NCBI GenBank assembly: GCA_002269645.1 | Contig: NIVC01001799.1 | Span: 62,001 to 126,000, forward strand | Reading direction: 5' to 3' | DNA from: Macrostomum lignano | Taxonomy: Eukaryota | Length of the DNA stretch: 64,000 bases | Shown here: piece after piece, positions 14,357 to 27,300 of the stretch | How the letters are laid out: every line of letters starts with the position of its first letter | Numbering within the stretch: position 1 is the stretch's first letter | The notes under the pieces: model-generated | The model's input: the letters and a program-made list of their open reading frames with translations, nothing else | Databases searched by the model: none | What the model was told of the DNA's origin: nothing | Translations under genes and position numbers: made by a program

Positions 14357-15477
14357 TCGATAAAGTGATTACCGGTGCCGGGGTGCCGGGGGCTGCAGCG
14401 GAGGCCGCTGTGGTGCGCAGACAGGAGTGGCTGCTGCTGCTGGCTGTCGCCGCTGGAATTTTGGGGAAAGCCAAACGGCAATAGAAATTTGACCACGGGT
14501 GCGAAATTGTTAATCAACAATAAACATATTGTTTACACATTGAGGTAGATAAACATTTACTAAAGCAGCTGTTGAAAACTGTCGGGAAAGGCAATGAAGA
14601 AAAGAAAAATTCGTGCTGACACTAATTAGCAAAACAATAAAAGTGGCCCATCAATTGGCTGGGCGGCGTATTTCAGCGCCAAGGGTGGTGGGCAGTCGGC
14701 AGTTTTCAACACTACTCTCAGAACACTTGAACAGCCAGTGCCTGTCAAAAGTATTCAGACCGCAATCCAGCTTCTTTATAGTGCGCCGCCGCCTATTCCA
14801 CTATTCATCTTTCATTCCGACTTGGAACTTTCCGACTATGGAATGTTGCTTTTTAAAATATCTATAGGTAGGGGGGGGGGGCGGGGACACGGCGCGGCCG
14901 TCCGCCGATATCAAAGCGACGCCGACAGGCTGCGGGCGCACACGCTAATAGATAGATAAAGGAATTCGCACTTTGCGCAGAGGATGGTCATTACAAAGGA
15001 ATGGCTGGCTGGGTTGACGGCGCGCACCGAATGAAATCCGCGAGCAGTTGGGAGTCTGGACTTTTATTGCGCACGGACGTCATCAAAATAGGCGGATATT
15101 TTCTACGGAAGCTTGCCGTCTAACGCCTGGATTATTTTATCTGTGGTACGAGTAAATAAATACGATTTATTTACTAATGACTAGATCCAATATATTCGTA
15201 TCTTTTAAACCAGCGTAGCCAATACTCAAAGACTTGGACAGTGCAGAAGTTCTTCATGGATAAAGGAATTAACATCATATGATAGACGAAGAATAAAATC
15301 ACTTGAACGGTAATCCAAAATATTTCCAAAATTTGTCTATGGATGCTCCCAGTTCAGATCTATTGCTGCCCTGAAACCCACCAAACTGTCTATGGTTCTC
15401 AGCAGCGAAGCTCATCATAAAAGTACTTGGCCATACCCTCGAGTAGAATAAAGCGGCACTTCTGCAAGAAACCAACA

Positions 15478-16020
15478 ATGCAAGGTCGTCGAACACTTGC
15501 TAGCACAAAACAATCGGCCAAGATGCTAGCAAAAGGCGACAATGGTACGCGAAAGCAGCAGATAAGTCAGGCGCAACAGCAGCAAAAGAAGCAATCGTCA
15601 AGCGCATGCCGGGAACTCTGCACCAGTTGTCAATCGCGGATTCAAGACATTCTCCAAGGCGAACACGATAGAAGCTGCGGCGAGCGAGACTTTGAAATTT
15701 TTCAAACAACAATGCCCGACTATGCTGTTACTATGGTGCGCCAGAAACTGCTCAAACTAACCGAATCAAACAATTATCTGACTGGAGATGACGATAGCGA
15801 AATTTCTGGCAAAATCGGCAAAGATCTCAGCCGGTTCATGGAGGAACGATTCGGAGGCGTCTGGAATGTCATTGTCGGGCAGGACTTTGCCGCCTCCGTC
15901 ATCTACGGAGCAAACAGTTTCCTGCACTGCGGCATCGATTCAGTGAACTACCTGCTGTTCTCCTGGCAGCCAGTCAGCTTGTTCAGCGACTGCATCGATA
16001 ACAGCCTGAGGCTCTATTGA
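15478..16020 (+). CDS. Dynein light chain type 1 (LC8-like) domain protein with a basic/Gln-rich N-terminal extension, single exon, 180 aa
   Basis: ATG 15478 to TGA 16020. C-terminal part (TTMPDYAVTMVRQ...IGKDLSRFMEERFGGVWNVIVGQDFAASV...FLHCGIDSVNYLLFSW) matches the LC8 pattern (F/Y)xxxW(H/N)(C/V)IVGxxF. Confidence 0.8.
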   Translation: MQGRRTLASTKQSAKMLAKGDNGTRKQQISQAQQQQKKQSSSACRELCTSCQSRIQDILQGEHDRSCGERDFEIFQTTMPDYAVTMVRQKLLKLTESNNYLTGDDDSEISGKIGKDLSRFMEERFGGVWNVIVGQDFAASVIYGANSFLHCGIDSVNYLLFSWQPVSLFSDCIDNSLRLY

Positions 16021-16302
16021 ACGCGACAACCAACAACGCAAACATTCTGACAGTAGCTACAGCATTGCTGTACATTATTTTATCAACCACTAACAAAATA
16101 TAAGCGTAAAGCAAAGCATCAATATACTAACGGGAATCTAACAACAATTTAGAAAATAACAACTCCGTCTGAGCCACATTTGAAATTATTGGTTCAGTAT
16201 ATTTAATATGATGACTTAAAACCGGTGGATGAAAACATACGAAACAATAAACTGATCATTTATTTAGCATAGTTTATCGCGCGGGTGTGCGTTCTTTTGG
16301 TC

Positions 16303-16877
16303 TCATCGGATCGAACGTTTCCTATGCTTTTGCTGCCATTTAGCACTGCTGATTGATGGCTTCTGACGCGACTTCAACGGGGCTGCTTCTGGACGCGGCG
16401 GCGGCGTCGGCGGCGGCGTCGGCGGCGGCGCAGTCAGAGGCCAGTGCCGCCCAAGCGACAATTTAAAGTGCAAATCTGTAAGCTGATCGGCTGTCACGTT
16501 AGCCGTAGCAGTTGAAAATAATTGACGCATTAACAGATGAGGCAGCTGAGGCTGGGAACAGCAGGTTAGCATCAGGGATAGGCGAAAATGCCGATCGACC
16601 AGGTCCTCCTGGCTGCCGGGGCCCAGACAGGTGTGAGTCACGGTAGTGGTGGTAGCACCAGCTGCTGCTGCAGGCTCCACTCTGGGCTTTATAACTGACG
16701 AAGCTCGCTTAGCAACCGGCTTTTTCGGCGAGCTAGGCTTCGATAATCTGCAGATTAAAAAATTACCAAAATACGTATTAATAGATTAAAACTTTATTGA
16801 TTAATCAATAGAATATCAGCTAAACAAAAAATTATATTGAATTTTCAAGCTTACCGTAGCGCAGGTTTCACCGCCAT
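16303..16877 (-). CDS. VGLL4: VGLL4/Tgi-like TEAD cofactor with two TONDU (Vg) motifs, 2 exons, 155 aa
   Basis: Exon 16877-16855 (ATG...CG|GTAAGC) and exon 16747-16303 (TTTTAATCTGCAG|A) join in phase 2. Motifs DLVDRHFRLSL and LTDLHFKLSLGRHW match the TDU consensus VxxHFxx(S/A)LG; basic PKKPVAKR segment. Confidence 0.62.
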
Positions 16878-17479
16878 CTCCTTTTATGAACGTTTTTTTC
16901 CTCGGTTCGAACTTCGAAGGAGAGAACTTCTTTTAAAGAGAGATTTGGAGAGAGGGGACCCAGGTCTCTGGGTCGGGTTTTGCGCTTCTATTTATAACGG
17001 AGAGGCAGGGAGAGGGCAGAGAAAAGAAGGAATTCCAAAGGCCAGACGGAATAGCCCAGGGCAATTGGGGGTGGCGGTGGGCCCATCCAATAGCAGGCAA
17101 AGGGGTAATTTCAGTTGGATTTTGTCCAGCCAAGCAGGCTGTATATATTCGACATTTTTTCTTGAACAAAAAAAACACAGAGATAGAGAAACCGCAAGTC
17201 AGGTGAAGGGCGACTGGGCTACAGGTGGCACTTAAAAGAAGCAAGGACAGGGGAGTGGAAGGCGAGAACGAAGATAAGCTTGGCTGCTGTCGCAGTATTG
17301 CGCCTGTTGCCCTCTTGCCTCCTCGCGAGCGAGCATTCAAAAAATGCAGCCAAACCTGTAGGAATGCCAGGAATCTCTGGCGTGACCAAGCCAGGTGGGG
17401 TGGGTGGGGGTACTTCGGCATACCAGACCCAATGCACTCTCTCACTTTGCCTCCATCTTACTATGCGCATGTTTGTCTT

Positions 17480-18030
17480 AATATCTATATCCTTCTATCT
17501 TTGTCTCCATCTTTATGTCTCTGTGTATATTTGTCTCCATCTTTATGTCTCTGTCTATCTTTGTCACTCTTTGTCTCACTGTCCATCTTTGTCACTCTGT
17601 CTGTCTCTCTGTCCATCTTTGTCACTCTGTATGTCTCTCTGTCCATCTTTGTCACTCTGTGTGTCTCTCTATCTTTGTCACTCTGTATGTCTCTCTGTCC
17701 ATCTTTGTCACTCTGTCTGTCTCTCTGTCCATATTTGTCACTCTGTATGTCTCTCTGTCCATCTTTATCACTCTGTATGTCTCTCTGTCCATTTTTGTCA
17801 CTATGTATGTCTCTCTGTCCATTTTTGTCACTCTGTATGTCTCCCTGTCCATTTTTGTCACTCTGTATGTCTCTCTGTCCATTTTTGTCACTCTGTATGT
17901 CTCTCTGTCCATTTTTGTCACTCTGTATGTCTCTCTGTCCATTTTTGTCACTCTGTATGTCTCCCTGTCCATCTTTGTCACTCTGTATGTCTCTCTGTCT
18001 CTCTTTATGTCTCTCTGTCTGTCTCTGTCG
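17480..18030. repeat. 30-bp minisatellite (ATCTTTGTCACTCTGTATGTCTCTCTGTCC)
   Basis: Tandem copies seen; source of the CLS/VSL ORFs. Confidence 0.92.
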
Positions 18031-18872
18031 CTCTTTGTATCGCTGTCATAAAGAGTCTATCTGTGGGCTCTCAGTCTATGTTTGTCACTATTCAATTCAA
18101 CTCCAACAATAGTTTAATGGCAAGAATTTGTTGACACAAGTGAAAATAAAAAGGACACAAAAGGTTAAAAGCTACTTTTTCATCACTATACTAAAAATAA
18201 CTACATGAAATAATTTGAAAAAAAGAAGGCGTGTTTATCGAACTTTGGCTTAGATTTAACCAATTCCCAAAGCAATCACATATGTACGAACTGGAAGGTG
18301 TCGAAATAGAAGGAAAAACGACCTAGCTATTAGGAGAATTTCACGTTAAGACATGCAGAGGAATGCAGAGATGGCAGAGATGGAAAATCGGGGAGCGGAC
18401 TGAATCCCAGAGACGATTTCACATAGCATAACACACCATCGTCTGGGCAGGAGCTCCTGCGATTTAATAACCCCCCCCCCACACACACACACACGCACAC
18501 ACAAACCCAGAAACACGTGAATACAAATTAAGCATGGCCTCAAAAAACACAAAGAACTAACAAAAAAGATCAACGCTATAAAAGCGCGGAATCCGTCTCC
18601 AACAAGAATGCCTACTGTAGTCTATATATACACTTTATACCAACTCCCATCAATCAAAAAAGCGAGCGCCAGACGCCGCTCCCATCATCAATTGCCCGGC
18701 CTGCCTGGGCGTGCCTGGAGGCTGAACTGAGAGGCCAGCCAGAATAGAAATGGCGCAGACACCTCGTGACCGAGGAAAACGCTACAAAAAGTCTAACCAA
18801 GTACGCGGGTGACCCCCCCCTGAAGAAGCCTGTTTTCAAGTGCAGCCTGGGACCATACTTCATACCAGATTT

Positions 18873-19140
18873 GAATGGATTGCTAACCTAGCCAGCATCA
18901 CTGATGAAGGAGTAGAATGGATTGCTAATCTAGCCAACATCACTGATGAAGGAATAGAATGGATTGCTAATCTAGCCAGCATCACTGATGAAGGAATAGA
19001 ATGGATTGCTAATCTAGCCAACATCACTGATGAAGGAATAGAATGGACTGCTAATCTAGCCAACATCACTGATGAAGGAATAGAATGGATTGCTAATCTA
19101 GCCAACATCACTGATGAAGGAATAGAATGGATTGCTAATC
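18873..19140 (-). repeat. Inverted second copy of the 42-bp satellite, ~6.4 units
   Basis: Reverse complement of the 1546-8237 unit, with the same C/T variant. Confidence 0.97.
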
Positions 19141-19365
19141 GAGCCACCACAGATACAACATTATAAATAACCAGTGTAGTGATGGTCTTTAGTACTCGAT
19201 ACTAGCAGTACAAAATTTTGTATATTATTAAAAAAGGCAAGCTTTAAGCCATATTTTCGAGCAGACATGCTGCTGTTAATAAAGAATTACAATAAATCAA
19301 ACAAATTTGCTATATTTTCAGCGTGGAACTGGGATAGAGACACATACACTCAGATACAGACAGAT

Positions 19366-19412
<47 letters not shown>
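19366..19412. repeat. (GA)n microsatellite
   Basis: Seen directly. Confidence 0.9.
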
Positions 19413-19415
<3 letters not shown>

Positions 19416-19723
19416 ACAACACAAGGATCATTACCCAGCATATCAGTTTAATTCATGCACTGTAAATTGGGTTAACAGATTATTTTGTTCGGACAGACAG
19501 ACAGACAGACATGATATTTAGCCACCAGTATACTTTTGCACTGCTACAGTCTAGACAACCTTCATTATAATAGTTCTATTGTGTACTAGGCTACGCGAAC
19601 AGGAATATCGAGGGTTCAAGAGTAACAGACTAGCATTTTATGCATTCATAGCATTAATTTTCTGAAGGATAAATAACTTGTAGACAAATGTTGATAAAAA
19701 TATTCAATCGAGATACAAAAAAT

Positions 19724-20560
19724 GGATCGAAGTGACCTGGGATCGAAGTGACCTGTGATCGAAGTTACCTGGGATCGAAGTGACCTGGGATCGAAGTGAC
19801 CTGGGATTGAAGTGACCTGGGATTGAAGTGACCTGGGATTGAAGTGACCTGGGATCGAAGTGACCTGGGATCGAAGTGACCTGTGATCGAAGTGACCTGG
19901 GATTGAAGTGACCTGTGATCGAAGTGACTTGGGATTGAAGTGACTTGGGATTGAAGTGACCTGGGATTGAAGTGACCTGGGATCGAAGTGACTTGGGATT
20001 GAAGTGACCTGGGATCGAAGTGACCTGGGATCGAAGTGACCTGGGATTGAAGTGACCGGGAATCGAAGTGACCTGGGATTGAAGTGACCTGTGATCGAAG
20101 TGACTTGGGATTGAAGTGACCTGGGATTGAAGTGACCTGGAATCGAAGTGACCTGGGATCGAAGTGACCTGGGATTGAAGTGACCTGTGATCGAAGTGAC
20201 CTGGGATCGAAGTGACCTGTGATCGAAGTGACCTGGGATTGAAGTGACCTGTGATCGAAGTGACTTGGGATTGAAGTGACTTGGGATTGAAGTGACCTGG
20301 GATTGAAGTGACCTGGGATCGAAGTGACTTGGGATTGAAGTGACCTGGGATCGAAGTGACCTGGGATCGAAGTGACCTGGGATCGAAGTGACCTGGGATT
20401 GAAGCGACCTGGAATCGAAGTGACCTGGGATTGAAGTGACCTGTGATCGAAGTGACTTGGGATTGAAGTGACCTGGGATTGAAGTGACCTGGAATCGAAG
20501 TGACCTGGGATCGAAGTGACCTGGGATTGAAGTGACCTGGAATCGAAGTCACATGAGATT
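19724..20560. repeat. 16-bp minisatellite (GGGATCGAAGTGACCT), ~52 copies, degenerate tail to ~20640
   Basis: Tandem copies; the main variant is CG>TG (gatCGaag vs gatTGaag). Confidence 0.95.
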
Positions 20561-22586
20561 AAAGTGACCTAGGGATTGAACTGAAGTGCCTAGGGTTGAA
20601 GTGACCCAAGATTTAAGTGACCTAGGATTTCAAGTCATATATGCCTTAAAATTCCTAAAAGCTAAATTATTTGAAAACATGTGCAACATAGGACCTTTAT
20701 AGTAGTAACCAATGAACATTTCTTCAAAAAAAGTAATTACAATAGGCAAAAAAGTCATGAAAATATATTTTGAAAAAATAAAAGTTGTTTACATGTCTAA
20801 TAAGAATAGTTCATGAATTATTTCAATATTTAAATAAGGAAAAGGCAAACACCACGTCAAAGATAGTTTAAATGATCAAATTGAAATAGATTGTAGCATT
20901 TAGAAACTATTATAAGGCAGGTATTTGCTAGAACAAAATGGTCTTGCAAACTGCTAAGATACATAAGATTGATTATATATTTTGGGGGTCACACAAGACT
21001 GACAACTCTATCTCATATATCTAATAAGATATACATTGCAATGCATTACTAAATATACACAATAATACTCAGTTAAAAAAATAATATTTATTTCATATTA
21101 TGATTGCTGATATTTTAATATTGATATTAATGTTTATTCCAACATTAATTGCAACATAATAAAATTGCAAAAATATGGCTGTTTTTGGTCCAGGCAAAGT
21201 AGATGAATACCATGGCTTTTTGGTCTTAGAATTATATCCTTAAGTCTATAGTTAAAGTCAAAAATATATCCTTGTATAGCTATAGGCCTTTTTTTATCAT
21301 TTTAGATATTAAAAATATTAAGTCTCTAAGTATAGAATTAGAAAAAAGACAAGGCATATTCCTAAATGTTAAATATAGAGTTTAAGATATAGTGCCATAG
21401 GCCTATCTCTAAGTTTGACAATAACTTTACTGTCAATATACTTAGCTTGTTATATAGGCTTTGGCTTAGTATAAAGTACCCATATAAAACTTAATAGCCT
21501 TTTTTCTACTTCTCTCTCTTCTGTACCTATTTTACTATTTGCCATAGGTTTTTAAAGCCCCACTTTTCAGGCTTTGCCTTAAAACTATATTCAATAGTTT
21601 TAATTTTTAGCTTGATTTTTTGTATAATTTAGTCAATACTTTGCTTAAATATTTGCAACAAAACCTTCTTTACCTTGTTGTTGCTGTGTTTTGACTACAA
21701 TTTGTATTTTGCTTTCAGTCCTAGTTGGTAGGGTTGTAGGCCAACATAATTGATTTTTTATACTAGGCCTACCAATGACAGTGTCCTGTTCTTGCTATGA
21801 GCCATTCCATATAACTTAGACAAAAAAGGCAATTTTTTATTTTGTGCTTTCAAATATGTTTTTAATAAAAGTAAACATTTCTAGCTAAAAATAAAAGTAA
21901 ATAAATTAATAAAGTAAATATTACAATTGTGACATTTAAAACAAATTAAATTTTATTGGAATGTTCATTAGTGTAATAGTATACAAATTTTTCTATTCAT
22001 ATTAGAATTTTTGTACTTTTTTTAACTTTGCATCTCTAAGTAAATCATTGTAAATCAAGTAAATTCAAGAAAACAATTAAGCCCATTCAACTTTTTCATT
22101 TTCTATTGTTACACCATTACAATCATTTTGCCTTCAATTATTTGTTTTTTATCACTTGCACTTATAAAATGGTCATTTTCCAGTAAAATTGATACCAATA
22201 AACATCGTTAAAGTATTGATTGATGAGTCACAATGTATAAATGTTACGACTGTTATTATATGGAATGACCCCTATGCATCAAAATTGCATCTAGTATTCT
22301 GCATTAAAACATATTGATAGCAAGATCGAGGTGAAAATAATAAAAGTATGATAAAAATACGAGGGAAATATCTTTTAGAAAAAAAATCGATTTCTTATAT
22401 TTCTTATCACATCACTGTTGAAATATACAGTTATACACATTTTAGATTAATCTGCTTCTTCTATGGTATATGCGTAAAAAAATATGAGGTACACTAGTAT
22501 GTAATCTCAAAACTCTCAGCTCAACTCACAAGTTATAAATTGAAATAAAGGTGAGAAAACATGTTTTTACACTTGAATGTAGTGCG

Positions 22587-22620
22587 TATACGCCCTACGC
22601 CCTACGGGTAACGGGCATAA
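22587..22620 (-). mobile_element. Possible Helentron/DINE-1-like (HINE) terminal sub-TIR with hairpin
   Basis: Minus strand reads TTATGCCCGTTACCCGTAGGGCGTAGGGCGTATA and can fold TATGCCC/GGGCGTA. It resembles my recollection of the DINE-1 5' end (TTATACCCGTTACTCGTAGAG...). No matching other end found. Confidence 0.3.
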
Positions 22621-24379
22621 GGCAATTTTTTACATTTGTTTTCTTTTTTTGCCAAAATTCTTATCTAACTTTCTTTGAAAGAATCGACTTTAAAACCGTG
22701 CGCAATTTTCACTTCGTGAAAGAAGATTATTCGAATCTTTTTCGAAAGCAAAAAGGTTAACGTCTTATGTTTTCATTTAGGGTCAAGAATCAGATAAATT
22801 TGAAAATGATGCGTTTCCGGCTCCTCAAAATGGAGAAACGTACGAAAACTTATGAAAATGTTTAAAATTAAAACTCACCACAGCTATTTTTTGATATTTG
22901 GTACAAATACGAATTGTAGGTCACGTCTATATATTACAAATATATTCTTGTCATTTTTCCTCTCACTGTGGGATAGTGCATAGTCCCAGAAAATTATAGG
23001 CTGTAAAATAAAAAATCTTAACTTGGATCATGTGGTTCTAGATCGTCATCTCTTCTATGAGCTTTACAGAAAAACGGTACATATATACTAGGTTGGGTGA
23101 ACACCCACCCCTCCGCCGGCGGGGGCATTTTATTCTTGCAACCGCGCTGCTGGGCTCTTGGCAGGCAGTGTGTTTTTGCGCAGTTCTTTTTTCTTCTTTT
23201 ATCCTTATTTTAAATGCCTCACAATAAGAAATAATGCAATACAATCGAGGTCTCGCTGCAGCCTAATTGCTTTTGCCAAACGTCGCGTTTTTTTATTGCT
23301 TGAGAGCATTATAGCTTAGATGTACTAGATATTAATACTGTAATACATGCATTCTATTAGCCAATTAGCTCGAGCTCAGTAGTATATAAATTTCCCGAGC
23401 CGATTTCGAATCGGCAATATTTTCAATTTTACTACGGTTACATTTTTTATCCTTCCAAAATGTATTCCAAAATATATCCAGGGTATCCAAAATGTTAAAT
23501 GCAATTGTATTCATGTATCAATCAAGAGCGACGATATCTCATTTCGCGACGTAGGCACGGGTACGCGAATACTTTACTTCATGTACATTTACGACTGTGT
23601 AATGCCTCTTTTTATTCTTTTTTACTCGAAAATCTAACTGTCTATGCCATTTTAAATCTGCGCATTTGAAAGAAAAACTTTTTGTTTAAGTACTCGTATT
23701 TCTCAAAATATTTTTGCAATTTAATTTTTTTTTGAACAAACTGCACTGAAATTTTAGTAAATAGACGCGATTTTGGGCGAGGAGAAGATAACTCGACTAG
23801 TTTCGAGCTTCGAAACAGCCTTCAGCCTTTACTAGCTAGTTGAGAAAATCTATTACGAATTCCGAGTAAATAATTGAGAAGTGATTCCGACAGTATAATT
23901 TTCCGAGAGTGAAGTATCCTGTAAATACTACTGATTAATTAAAAGACGAAGTAGATCTCAAAGCAGACTTATAGAATACCGGAGGCCGTGACCCTGATCT
24001 AATCTCGGGAGCGCCCAGAACTGGAAAGATCATACATGCAGTACATATGCCAGTAGAGACATGTACATGTACATACCGCTCAGGCAATACGCTACCAGAA
24101 CTAAGTAAGAACGCTACCAGTACAGAGAGAAGACGCTACGCAGTAAGAAGAAAGGAATACGCAAATATATATCTCAGCTCAATACTCAGACAGATACTCA
24201 GACAATTACTCATATATATACTAAGAATAATTCACAGACCGATTCTAAGAAAGTATAGAATTAACCCTACGACAACTTAGTGACAGTATACTTACTTACT
24301 TACTACTGACGGGGGGCGCAGGCGCCGCGAATAGGCCGCGAGGCCCCTATCGCAACCCCAAGGTAAAAGAGCACAAGGA

Positions 24380-27300
24380 TTAGCCTTGGGGGTGCGCCCA
24401 GTCCCCGCCAGTAGTCGGCAGGTCCGCAGTGGAGGCATCGGCGACCCTCATCCGGCCGGAGTCCCGGACGAAGGCGCGGAGGTCTCGGATATTGTCCGCG
24501 GTGGTCAGCTCGTCCATCCGCTGGGGGTGGCCGAGGTATTTGTGCCGCGCCTTGTTGAAGTAAGGGCAGAAGGTGACGTGATGCTCCGCGGTCTCCTCTC
24601 CTATGCCACAGAAGGGACAGGTGGGAGGGCAACCGGTTTGCAACGATATATGTCTCTGGAAGAATCCGTGGCCGGTTAGGACCATGCACATCTCCCTGAG
24701 GTCGGTTCTGTTAAGCGAAATCAGATAATCAGAGACTTTCCTGTTCAGGTTAGGCATGGCAGAGCGGCTCTGCCTGTACTCGGTGCAGCTGTTCCAGTGG
24801 AGCTGGTGCTGCTGATGGAGCCACCTGTTGATATGGCGGGTGACTTGCGACCTGGGGGTGGGTAGCCTCATCAGACGGTGGTTGCCGTCTGGGTTGCTGC
24901 CCTCCTTGGCGAGAGAGTCCGCGAGCTCGTTGCCCAGGATGTTGCTGTGACCAGGTGTCCAGATAATTCTAATCCTGTTAAGGACTGAGAGAGATTGCAC
25001 ACTGCGGTGGCATTGAGATACTGTAGCAGCGGAGATATTCTCAGTGGTTAAGGCCTTAATAGCAGCTTGGCTATCAGTGTAGAAATTAATGTCAAAATTA
25101 TTAATGTTCGCCTGAAACAGTTGCTGGGCACACTGCTCAATGGCGCAAATTTCAGCTTGGAAAACTGAGGTGTTCTCACCGAGGTGCAGACTTTCCTGGA
25201 GAAGCATCTTACCCTCGTGGAAAATGGCAATACCCGCTCCAGCGCGGCCGTTGAACAGCGAGCCGTCGGTGAAGCAGTGAATGCCCTGGCTGCGCCGGTT
25301 CACACCGACATCCAGCGGAATGTTGTCTCGGCCAGGGATGGCGGTCTTGAAGCCCCTCCTGATGTTGAGGGCGGGAGGTCGACTATCCACATTGCCCAGG
25401 TCCATGTGGATGTTGTTAAGGTCGCGGCGGACAAAGTCCATATGCGGGATTAATGTTTTCATTGGCATAAAGCCAGAGGGCGCGTTATTTAACGTTTTAT
25501 CTCTGATAAGCCGGGAGGCAGACTTCATAGCCTCCGCCCTAATAAATAGGTGAAGCGGAGGTAGGTTAAGGATAGTGTTCAGCCCCTCGTAAGGGGTGGA
25601 CGGGTACGCACCTGTGATGGCACGGCAAATGCTGCCCTGAAGCTGGTACAGCCGCTGACGGGCGGCCTTCTGCTCCAGCACGCTAGTCCAGATGAGACTC
25701 GCGTATGTGATACTGGGCCGGATGATGCCGGTATAAATCCAACGGACCGTTCTAGGCGAGAGGCCCCAAGTCGGCCCGATGGCTCTGCGCAGCTGGGCAA
25801 AGCAGCGTTTTGCCCGACCGATGACGTTATCAAGGTGCTTCGTCCAGCGCAGGTCATGCGTTAGCGTCACACCGAGGTATTTGACCTCCTTCTTGAAGGG
25901 GATGTTTCTGCCATAGACAGTGAGGTTTTTCATCTCCCACTTACGGCGCTTGGTGAAAACGACAGCGACAGTCTTAGTGACGCTGATTTTTAGGCCATGC
26001 TGTGTAGCCCAGTCGGCCGCCTTGTCGGCGAATTGCTGCATCAGGTTGCGCAGAGTGGCGGGGTCGGGTCCGCTGACGACCGCGGCAACGTCATCGGCGT
26101 AGCCCGCCCTGGTGATACTGCTGGGAATGTCAGCGGTTAGAAGTTCGTCCATGACGAGATTCCAGAGAAGTGGAGTTAGCACGCCACCTTGCGGGCCGCC
26201 TTTCATCACCGCCCGGGTGAGGGTAACGCCCATAAGTGTGGATGTCACAAACCTTTTGCGGATCATAAAATAAATCCAGCGAACAATGCTGTGTCTTACA
26301 TTCCTGCGGGAAAGAGAATTTCTGAAGGAGCGGAAGAGGACATTGTCAAATGCTCCTTCGAAGTCAACGAACAACCCGCAAGCGAGTTGTTTGCTAAGGA
26401 TGGCACTCTCAATTTTGGAGGTAATGGCGTGGAGAGCATGCTCAGTCGTCCTCCCAGGCTGGAAGGCGTACTGGTACTTACTGACAGGGTCGGAGCGCAG
26501 GTCGCACTCTCGAAGCCTCCACAGGATGAGCCTCTCCATCAGCTTAACACAAAAGGAAGTGAGGCTGATGGCCGGAAGGATTTCACGTTGGTGTAGTCAC
26601 CCTTAGCAGGTTTCGGGATGAACACGACTCTGGACATTCTCCAGATTGTGGGAATGTAACCTGTGGTATAACAGTCAACAAGCAATTTAGAGAAAGAATC
26701 AGCAAAGTTTTGCAGCTTTAGCGCCTCCTGCAGGATACAGGGGGCGATATTGTCAGGGCCAGACGATTTATACGGTTTAAAAGAATTTGCTGCCAGCTGG
26801 AGTAGCTGGGGGGTGGCGCACTGCTGGAAAAGCTTGTGATCACAAGGCCTGTGGTCATCGACCACGTACTCCGGTTCGTCAACCTGCGGAAAGCAGGTGG
26901 AGAAAAGAAGATTTAGCGAACCTTCGGCACTGGTAGTGTAGTTACCATCCAGGTGCAGAAGGGAGTTACACTGAGCTAGCGTGTCGTGCCTGAGAGTCCT
27001 GACCAGCCGGGCTGTGGGGTGTTGCCCTTCCAGGCCGGCGCAGTAGGCTTTCCAGGTGGTCTTCTTAGCCCTTCGGATAGCACTTTTGTACATCCTCAGA
27101 GCAGAGTGGTAGTTCTCCCAATCCTCTGGGGTATTCGAGCCGTTTGCGAGGCGTTGCAGTCGGCGGGTGTTTTTCTTCATGCGAGTGAGCTCTTGACTCC
27201 ACCAAGGAGAGTATTTCTTCCTGCAAAACAGCTTAGGGGCGTTAGCGCGTATGGCGGTGTTTAGGATCTCAACGAGGGAGTTGCACCGATGCTCAATGCC

